Below are positions 37,412-64,000 of a stretch of 64,000 bases of DNA, piece after piece. The translations under genes were made by a program, and so were the position numbers. How positions within the stretch are numbered: the stretch's first letter is position 1; every line of letters starts with the position of its first letter. The notes beneath the pieces are model-generated. The model was given only the letters and a program-made list of their open reading frames with translations. It searched no databases and was not told the DNA's origin. The stretch is from the human T2T-CHM13v2.0 reference genome, Homo sapiens: NCBI RefSeq assembly GCF_009914755.1, contig NC_060938.1; one strand, written 5' to 3'.

Positions 37412-37489
37412 TGTATCAGTAAAAATACTGGCCCTGGGAAAATCCAGAAAATACCCAGAGAAAATGCATACCTAACCAAGGACTTAACG
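37412..37489 (+). CDS. AK7: AK7 coding exon (probably 9), 78 nt, phase 0/0: [26 protein letters not shown]
   Basis: tcctctaacag| acceptor, ACG|GTTAGT donor. Confidence 0.95.
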
Positions 37490-37866
37490 GTTAGTATATG
37501 TGGTGTTTTTTTTTTTTTTAACTATCTTTCTCAATAATATGGAGTATTGTTATTTTTTTAATATCAGATAGGTTTTGGCTAAATAACATTGATCTGTGAG
37601 GGATTTGGAGTCAGAAGGCCTGGGTTCCAATGCCATCTTCATCTCCTACCACACCACCAGATATTCTACCCTAAGACAACTTACTCTTGTCTTCAGTTGT
37701 CTTTCCTGAATAACCCCCAGAGGTCCTGGTCAGAAAATGTATTTGGGCCAGGCGCGGTGATTCACGCCTATAATCCCAGCACTTTGGGAGGCCGAGGCAG
37801 GTGGACCACCTGAGGTCAGGAGTTTGAGACCAGCGTGACCAACAGGGTGAAACCCTGTCTCTACTA

Positions 37867-37974
<108 letters not shown>

Positions 37975-38252
37975 CTAGATCACGTCATTGCACTCCAGCC
38001 TGGGCAACAAGAGAGACAGTCCATCTCAAAATAAAAAAAATTAAAAAAAAAAAAAAGAAACAAAACAAAATGTATTTGGAAGCTATTTGATACGTAAAAT
38101 GCCATTCGAACACTGGGAATTATTTTCTTTGGCCTCTTTCTAAAATTCAAAGCAGGCTGAGATTCCAATTCCATCACAACAAAAAAAAAAATAGGGTTTT
38201 TTGCAGTGTGCTTTTCAAGCTTGCATTAGAATGCAATTCTTTTTAAGAATAA

Positions 38253-38588
<336 letters not shown>

Positions 38589-39029
38589 TAGCCAGGATGA
38601 TCTTGACCACCTGACCTTGTGATCTGCCCGCCTTGGTCTCCCAAAGTGCTGGGATTACAGGCATGAGCCACGGCACTCGGCGGGAATATTTTCCTCTACA
38701 CCTTTTGTTCTTTTGGATTTTGAACCATGAAACTGCAGTATTCAAAAAGTAGACACAATTAAAATTTTTAAAAAAGAAAATTTGGATTTCCAGTATCTTC
38801 CTACTTGTTCAGCCAGAAGGTGGCCCGCCATCAGAGTAGACATGGAGACTGTTTAGAAGTAACGTAGTATCACACAGATACTCTGTAAATACTCAGTGCT
38901 GGATTAATTGACTTCCACGTTTAGTGAATGTATATTGTTTTTCTTTAATAACTGTAGTGATTTTGGTCTGTTATGACAGTCAGAATTAAACAAAAAAAGA
39001 CAAATCTCTAATTGTCCTCTATCTTTCAG

Positions 39030-39179
39030 CAAGATTGTCTTGACCATTTACTGGTCAACTTAAGAATGGAAGCGCTCTTTGTGAAGGAGAATTTTAATAT
39101 TCGATGGGCTGCCCAAACAGGATTTGTGGAAAATATCAACACTATCCTCAAGGAGTACAAGCAAAGCAGAGGATTGATG
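39030..39179 (+). CDS. AK7: AK7 coding exon (probably 10), 150 nt, phase 0/0: [50 protein letters not shown]
   Basis: atctttcag| acceptor, ATG|GTAACT donor; matches ORF-track 39012..39203. Confidence 0.96.
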
Positions 39180-40058
39180 GTAACTATCACTGTTTCCCAC
39201 TGAAACTTCTGATTCAAGCAAAATGAATCAAACTTCTAGTGTGATGATGCCAACGGAAGTATTTGCTTTTTCAGACGTTCAAATTTCTAATTTCAAGTTT
39301 TTCAAATTTGACAAATTTGTCCAGGTCTAACAAATTTACATGTATATCAAATTAATACCTGTGAACCAAACATGAACAGTTTTAAATATTAGATAATAAT
39401 GTATGCAAATTTATCTAATTTAATAATTAGATAATATCTAATAATGTATGCAAAATTATCTAATTTAAACATTAGATAATAATGTATGCAAATTGCACAT
39501 GATAGCAAGCTCAAGAGTGATGTCGCAGTGTTGTCCATATAAAGAAGAATATTAAATAGGTAAAAATATCAACTGCCTTACTGGCTGGCTTGTTTCAGTC
39601 CTGGGTATACATGTGGGAGGTAGAAGAAACCTGATTACTACTTTGATCTCTTTCTAAGTGGTCAGAGGACTCACTGGTCATTTTAATTATCACAACTTTT
39701 CAAGGTAGATATTCTTTTTTAAAAAAGTAATTAATTGAAATGGACAAATAGATTATATACATGTATCCTGTACAACATAAAGTTTTGAAATATGTAGACA
39801 TTGTGGAATGGCTAAATCGAGCTAATTAACATCCGTGTTAACTCACACACTTATCATTTTTTATGGTGAAAGGTGGATATTCTTATCTATATAGTATAGA
39901 TTAGGAAACAAAGGCTCAAAGAGATGAAGCAACCTTTTTTTTTTTTATTCAGACAGAGTCTCACTCTGTTGCCCAGGCTGGAGTGCAGCAGTGTGATCTC
40001 GGCTCACAGCAACCTTTGCCTCCTGGGTTCAAGTGATTCTCGTGCCTCAGCCTCCTGA

Positions 40059-40304
<246 letters not shown>

Positions 40305-41593
40305 TAGCCCAGGCTGCAGGGCAGTGGCAGGATCTCGGCTCACTGCAACCTCTGCCTCCCAGGTTCAAGTGCCTCAGCCTCCTGAGTAGGTAGCAACTTT
40401 TTCAAGGTCACACAGCTAGTCAGAGATTCAAACTAGGTAGGACGCAGACTTAACTAGAATGTCCGCATCTAACTGCAGGGCCGCCACACCTGCCTCTCTG
40501 AAATCAGATCAATGAAGCACCTGCGTAGAGCTTTGGATTTATCCCAGGGAAACATTCTAAAGACAAAAGTAGGTCATACATGAGAAAGTGTTTTGAAAAC
40601 TGTAAAATGGCGTATGTGAGTAACAGGTGTCATCATAACCATAATTATCACTGTTGGAGGGAATGCTCCACATAAGCAAGCATAGTGTCACCATCATATC
40701 CTTAGAACCGTATTCTCTTGGAAAAAAAAACATGTCTAGTTAAGAATAAGCAAAACATGTACCACTTAGCAAAAGAAATAATGATCTCTTTAAGCATCTA
40801 AGATCCTCATGGTGGCTGTACTGGGAGGTTATCCTGAGATATACACCAACCCAACCTCAGAGGTTAGACTAATGTCCTCTCTAGGTCAACTATAACAACA
40901 ACACACAGAGTAGAAATATGACAAGACACTTTGAAGAGACCGTATGGTTCCCGATGAGCAAGACTGGACAAGAATATGATAGAAGGAATAGTATATCTAA
41001 AAACTAAATAGGGTATGTCTGTCCCTAGGGGCAGTTAGCCACAGGAAACACTACCGAGGCCAGTGTAGCCCCAGAGGTGTCACTCAGTGACATCCCCAAA
41101 AGATGGAGTCTCAAGCCATGCACTTGCGTGATCGCAGTTCCTTTAGCAAGGAAAAGTCATTGCTGCTTCAGAGACAGATGCATCAAGCCACCTTGACCCA
41201 TTGCTTCCAGTCAGTTCATCCTACTCCCCTTGTTCTGATCAAAGCTCATCAAGCAGCCTTATAAGACTTGGCTCCCAGTGTCCATCTGCTTGAAGGGAGT
41301 AAATATACCAAATATGTGGACTTGGAGTATTTGATTCAGTGGCAGTCATACTTCTCATTGTAAATAAATGAATAGATTGGCATCCTGGTTTTACACCTGG
41401 ATAAAGTGAGCCCATGCCAGGAGAAAGGACCCACCCTTGGTCCGTGGACAAATGAGACACCTGAACTTGCTCAGTTGACAGCCGGTTCTCAGGCCTTGGT
41501 GAATGCACTGCACCTCTCCAGGGGCCCAGCCCTGCTCGTCAGGACTCAGTTCCAGAACTGCTTTCCTTCACACCTGCCTCCTTCCACTGCCTG

Positions 41594-41723
41594 CCATCAT
41601 CCCTATCTGACGGGGCCGCACTCCTCACCAGAACCATCCATCCTCCCTATCCGATGGGACCACACGCGCCAGAGCCATCCATCATCCCTATCCGATGGGA
41701 CAGCGCTGCTAGCCAGAACCATC
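41594..41723 (+). repeat. Degenerate ~41-44-bp tandem repeat x3
   Basis: CCATCATCCCTATC(C/T)GA(T/C)GGG...CCAGAACCAT units. Confidence 0.85.
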
Positions 41724-42463
41724 CTGTGTGCTGCCTACTTCCTTCACTGTCTTGGTTTCCTCACCTGTCAAATGGTAGTAATGATATTAACCAACTTGGT
41801 GGATGAAATTATATAATCTGTAAGCATACAGACACTCTACCAATGCAAATCCTTTTCATGAGCGCAATTCTAAAATTTACCTTGCAAAATATGGGCCCTC
41901 AGTTTCACAACTATTTGGACCATTTTGAAATAAATAACTATATGTTACTGATATTTTGACCTCTGTTAGAAATGAATATTTACTCATTGATTATGAACAC
42001 CATAGGGCTTCTTTAGCATTCAATCAAGTTTATCAGCAGGAGAAATGGTGTTTTTTTTTTTAATGAGTATGTTTTTAAAAATTAGAATAAATTTTTTAAA
42101 AATTGAGACAGGGTGTTGCTCTGTTGCCCAGGTTGGAGTGCAGTGGTAGGACCACGACTCACTGCAGCCTAGACCCTCCTGGGCTTAAGCACTCCTCCTG
42201 CCTCAGCCTGGGCCACCAAGTAGCTGGGACCACAGGCACATGTGACTATGCCCAGCCAATATTTAAAAAAAATTTTTTTTTTTTTTTGTAGAGACAGGGA
42301 TCTCACTATATTGCTGAAGCTGGCCTCGTTTTTTGTAGAGAGGGGGACCTCACTATATTGCTCAGGCTCGCCTCAAACTCCTGGGCTCCAGGGATCCTCC
42401 CACCTCAGCCTCCTAAACTGCTGGGATTACAGGCATGAGCCACGATGCCTGGCCTAAAAATTA

Positions 42464-43086
<623 letters not shown>

Positions 43087-43952
43087 CTATCTCAATACAA
43101 AACAAAACAAAACAAAACAAATAATTAAAGACCAAATTCAGTACAGAAATAGTATTCAGGCAGTAAATTAGGCCCTTTGCACACCAAACCAGAAATTCTT
43201 TGCTTTGTTACTGTTCCAAAGGTAGCACAATGCCCTGTACTGTGCACTGTCTTGTGAAACTGGCAGTGTGTAATTCCTGAGCACTTACTCTTTAGTGATC
43301 TGAGTTGTTCCTGATACATCTTCTTATGTGGCCCTATCCACCAGCCCCAGATCAGCCCATGTAGTTGGTGCCTATTGAATACCTACTGAATGAATGGACA
43401 TGAACCAGAACATGAACTGTCTGACCAGGCGGCAGACGCTTTCGGGATGATGTGGCAGTCACCCTGGTGGTGGTGGTGGGGGTAGAGGCGTGACTCTGGA
43501 GTCTCCACAGAAGAGTGAGAGTTAGCCTGCAGGGTCCAGAGACTTTATTTTCAAAAGGCACTCCCAGCCAGACGTGGTGGCTCACATCTGTAATCCCAGC
43601 ACTTTGGGAAGCTGAGGTGGGTAGATCACTTGAGACCAGGAGTTTGAGACCAGCCTGGCCAACATGGAGAAAACCCGTCTCTACAAAAAATACAAAAATT
43701 AGCTGGGCATGGTGGTGCGCACATGTAGTCTCAGCTACTCGGGAGGCTGAGGCAGAGAATCGCTTGAACCTGGGAGGTGGAGGTTGCAGTAAGCGAGATC
43801 ATGCCACTGCACTACAGCCCGAGCAACAGAGTGAGAGACTCTGTCTCAAAAAAAAAAAAAAAAAAAAGCACTCCCCTGAAATAAAAAACCACTCTGTCTA
43901 GCTACAGATCATTCAGAGCTTGCTGTATGTTCCTTACTCTCTCCTCTTTCAG

Positions 43953-44081
43953 CCAATCAAGATCTGCATTCTTGGTCCCCCTGCTGTGGGAAAATCCAGT
44001 ATTGCTAAAGAATTGGCCAAGTACTACAAACTGCATCACATCCAACTGAAGGATGTCATTTCTGAAGCCATAGCAAAACTG
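43953..44081 (+). CDS. AK7: AK7 coding exon (probably 11), 129 nt, phase 0/0, start of the adenylate kinase domain with P-loop: [43 protein letters not shown]
   Basis: ctcctctttcag| acceptor, CTG|GTAACA donor; Walker A GPPAVGKS. Confidence 0.97.
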
Positions 44082-44134
44082 GTAACACTTTAAACTATTT
44101 TCCTGGGCATTTTAATTAATTACTGTATTGTTCT

Positions 44135-45030
<896 letters not shown>

Positions 45031-45688
45031 TAATAAACAAGCAACTAATTTTGTATGTCAGTAAACAGGAGATTTGTTATTTTAATTGGATGTTCTTGTT
45101 GCCCCCAGTTATGAAAACACAACACTCTACAGGGCTGTCCTCTGAGACGGAAGCAGCTTCTGTGGGTTGCCCTTGAAATTTAGTCTGCCTCCAGCTGTGG
45201 TTCAAAGTATAGCTTGTGTTCTCTCTGTTGCCTGGAACGCTTGTAGGTGTTTTATTAGTGTTGTATGTTTCTCGGGGTATTATCAAACTTTATTTATAAA
45301 CTGCTTTGTATCATTTTATTGGAAATGGCAGATACTGAGGTAGCTTTCATAAATGATTATTAAAAGTCTTGATTTCTGCAACATGTGGTTCCTTCAAGTA
45401 AGATACAACCCAATACCTTAGAATAACACATTAGAAAGATGTTGGCTCAAGCAGTTCTGGCATTAGCACAAAAATATACTATTCTCTTAAATATGCTGTA
45501 AGAAAAACCTCAAGGATCTCATGTGTCTTTGTGGATATGTGCATCCTGCAAAATTTTGCATGACAGCTGTCATAGGGTACCTGTCCTATTTGGATCCCAA
45601 GCTTTTTCCAGGATCACCTGCCAGCTGATTTGTGAATAGCAAATGGATGTGGGGCATCATCCAATGTGAATATCCCTGTGGTATGCAG

Positions 45689-45818
45689 GAGGCGATTGTT
45701 GCCCCTAACGATGTAGGGGAAGGAGAAGAAGAAGTCGAAGAGGAAGAGGAGGAGGAGAATGTGGAAGATGCACAGGAGCTCCTAGATGGCATCAAGGAGA
45801 GCATGGAGCAGAATGCAG
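45689..45818 (+). CDS. AK7: AK7 coding exon (probably 12), 130 nt, phase 0/1: [43 protein letters not shown](G)
   Basis: gtatgcag| acceptor, CAG|GTAACA donor; acidic Glu tract; frame continuity. Confidence 0.95.
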
Positions 45819-45920
45819 GTAACACACACCCAGCAGAGAGCCACGCTGCTCTTGTGAACAGTGGCTATTTTTAAAAATCTGGTTATAAAAGACTGTTTAA
45901 AAAAAAAAGACTGAACTACA

Positions 45921-51449
<5,529 letters not shown>

Positions 51450-51577
51450 CTAAAAACTTACACAAAGTACAGTGTCACCAATAACAGGGAAGGGTGGGGT
51501 CACCGCCAAACAGTCTGTGTCTGTGGAAGCCTGGACGTGGCTGCATGACAGTCACTGAGAATTTGATCCTGGTGCAA

Positions 51578-52536
51578 TGTTACCCCTTTCTAGGGGGTCT
51601 CATCCCAGATCCCAGGAGCAGGTTCTTAGATCTCACGCAGGAAAAAATTGAGGGTGAGCCACAGAGTATAGTGAAGTTAAGATAGTTTATTAGAGACTAC
51701 TCTATTACAGAGTAGGGTGTCCTCAGAAAACAAGAGAAGGAATACCCCACAGTGAGAAGAGATAGTTTATTGAAAGCTACTCTGTCACAGAGTAGGGCGT
51801 CTTCAGAAAGCACAAGGGGGAAGGCCATACTATAAACAGTGCTTGCATGTATAGGTTGTTAAGAATGGTGTACTTGGCCAGGCGCAGTGGCTCACACCAG
51901 CACTTTGAGAGGCCAAGGTGGGAGGATCTCTTGAGGCAAGAAATTCCAGACCAGCCTGGGCAACATAGCAGGACCCCACCTCTACAAAAAATACAAAAAA
52001 AATAGCCAGGCGTGGTGGTGCGTGCCTATAGTTCCAGCTACTTTGGCGGGGACACAGGAGGATGGCTTGAGCCCTTGAGTCCGGGAGGTCAAGGCTGTGG
52101 TGTGGCCGAGACTCCAGCCTGGGTGACAGAGCAAGACCCTGTCCCAAAAAAAAAAAAAAAAAAAAAAAAAGGAGAAAGAGAGAGAATAGTGTACTTTATT
52201 ATAAAGGCTTATGGTCAACTTGTGACAGGCTATTAGTATTGTTTCTTATGTTACTTAAGAACATAAGTATGCTATGTTACTATTGATTTCAGTGAGAATT
52301 TACAAGTGTACTATTATCTTTAAAGCAAAACCTATTCTTAAACTAAGAATGCTTTTTGTTCTCAAACTATCAGGACATTTCTATAAGTTCTGGGTCTTTA
52401 GTTAGTTAGCATCATTAACTCAGTCCCTCAACCATAAATATCTTGTGACCAAAAGTGCTCAACCCCCTGGGAATGTCACCCAGCAGGTTTGGCTTTATCT
52501 GGCCTTTATTCAAGATGGAGTCACTCCGGTTAGGAC
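51578..52536 (-). mobile_element. MER41-family ERV1 solo LTR with an Alu inserted (~51876-52170)
   Basis: Minus strand starts ..GAGTGACTCCATCTTGAATA..CATTCC; other end ..AAGAACCTGCTCCTGGGATCTGGGAT..GGTAACA. Confidence 0.7.
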
Positions 52537-52781
52537 AAAGGATATTCATGACCAAGTCTCCAGACCCACTAAGGATGTATCTAGCTTGACAAGCCACTTA
52601 GTATGGATCCAACTGTACCCTAGAAATATTTTGTCAGTTTTATTTTACCTCAATATACATTTGTACAGGCAATAATTAAACGACTATTACACAACAATTC
52701 AGTGAGTTTACTTGCTTTCAAGAATAATGCATGTAGTTACAAATGAGAGGCAGAAACACTGTATTAAAGACCTAAAAATAA

Positions 52782-58960
<6,179 letters not shown>

Positions 58961-59082
58961 CAAAATAGGGATTTCCAATAGTACCTTTGACTACACAACA
59001 ATTTTTGAGATAACTTTAAAACAACTCTTACTTAGAATGTGATACATTATAAGTAATATATACATATATGTTTTTTTATCAG

Positions 59083-59211
59083 GTCAACTAGACGATCAAT
59101 ATATAATTAGATTTATGAAAGAAAAGCTAAAATCAATGCCTTGCAGGAATCAAGGTTATATTTTGGATGGATTCCCAAAGACCTATGATCAAGCAAAAGA
59201 CCTGTTCAATC
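59083..59211 (+). CDS. AK7: AK7 coding exon (probably 13), 129 nt, phase 1/1: (G)[42 protein letters not shown](Q)
   Basis: ttttatcag| acceptor, C|GTAAGT donor; adenylate kinase signature GYILDGFP. Confidence 0.97.
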
Positions 59212-59419
59212 GTAAGTTTGAGTGTTCTATTTTGAGTATTTATATTCAGATAAGTTGCAACTTTATTGTTCAGAGAAGTAGTCACTCAATTAAAGTAAAC
59301 AGAAAACTAGAGAGACTATTTATTTTTGAGCTTTGGCTCACCTTTCTTTACGTAGCTTTTTTTTTTCTTTTTTTTTCCCCCTGGATGGTGGCTCAAGGTG
59401 CATAGCCTTTTACAAATTT

Positions 59420-60150
59420 TTTAAAATTTTATTTTATTGTATTGTGGCACAAATACTTAACACGAGATCTGCCCTCGGAACAAGCTTTTAAGTGTGCGAT
59501 ACATTATCGTTGGCTATAGGCACTGTGATGTTCAGCACACCTCTAGAGCTTATGCATCTTGCCTGATTAAAACTTTACGCCTGTTGATTAGTAACTTTTG
59601 TTTTTTCCCCTCCCCAGCCCCTGGCAACCACCATCCCACTCTTTCATTCTTTGAATTTGACTACTCAAGTTCCCCATGTAAGTGGAATCATGTAGCATTT
59701 GTCTTTCTGTCACTGATTTCACTTAGCATAATGTCCTCAAGGTTCATCCTTGTTGTTGCATATAGCAGAATTTCCTTTAAAAAAAAAATAGACCATCCGT
59801 CACCCAGGCTGGAGCACAGTGATATATACAATCATAGTTTACTGCAGCCTTGACCTCCTGGGCTCAAGTGGTTTTCCTGCCTCAGTCTCCCGAGTAGCTG
59901 GGACTACAGGCGTGCATGACCACGCCCAACTAATTTAAAAATGTTATGGAGGTTTCACCCTGTTGCCAGGTTGATCTCTGAACTCCTGGCTTCAGGTGAT
60001 CCTACTGCCTTGGCCTCCCAAATTGTTGGGATTACAGGTGTGAGCCATGATGCCCAGCCATTTCCTTCTTTTTAAAGGCTGAATAGTATTCTGTTGGATG
60101 TATATACTACATTTTCTTTATCCATGCATCTATCAATGTACATTTAGTTT
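59420..60150 (-). mobile_element. Old L1MA/MB 3' fragment split by an Alu (~59800-60060)
   Basis: CCCTGGCAACCACCAT..TAAGTGGAATCATG..TTTCACTTAGCATAATGTCCTCAAGGTTCATCC. Confidence 0.7.
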
Positions 60151-60199
60151 GTGAGACTATTTCTAAAATACATGTGCTATTTATGGCTAGTTTTCATTA

Positions 60200-64000
<3,801 letters not shown>

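Noticed and set aside
51578-52536. MER41 as an interferon-inducible STAT1 enhancer
   Set aside because: That role is established for MER41B with tandem GAS motifs; I could not see such motifs and this copy looks like a different subfamily

Overview
Human (or very close primate) genomic DNA from inside the AK7 (adenylate kinase 7) gene, + strand. Ten consecutive internal coding exons are present (probably exons 5-14; the numbering is recalled, not computed). They total 1057 nt, all have GT-AG boundaries and their phases are consistent. They splice into one open frame, [21 protein letters not shown]...GPPAVGKS (P-loop)...GYILDGFP...FPFDKLIIP. The gene's start and end lie outside the window. The introns are very rich in retroelements: roughly 60 Alus, a ~10 kb nested L1 complex, several solo LTRs, DNA transposons and L2/MIR remnants. 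They also hold three processed pseudogenes: TMA7 (+), PEBP1 (-) and RPL23A (-). Most ORFs in the supplied track are Alu/L1 noise. I see no new protein-coding system. The three most interesting signals are: (1) the PEBP1 retrocopy looks CpG/GC-enriched rather than decayed; (2) a ~55-nt hairpin with its own poly(A) tail and a candidate TSD looks like a retroposed small LTR-derived RNA; (3) an L1PA carries a clear 3' transduction and an ectopic internal RT-segment insertion. Repeat family names and parent-gene comparisons come from memory and need RepeatMasker/BLAST confirmation. Repeat boundaries are approximate; exon boundaries were counted exactly.
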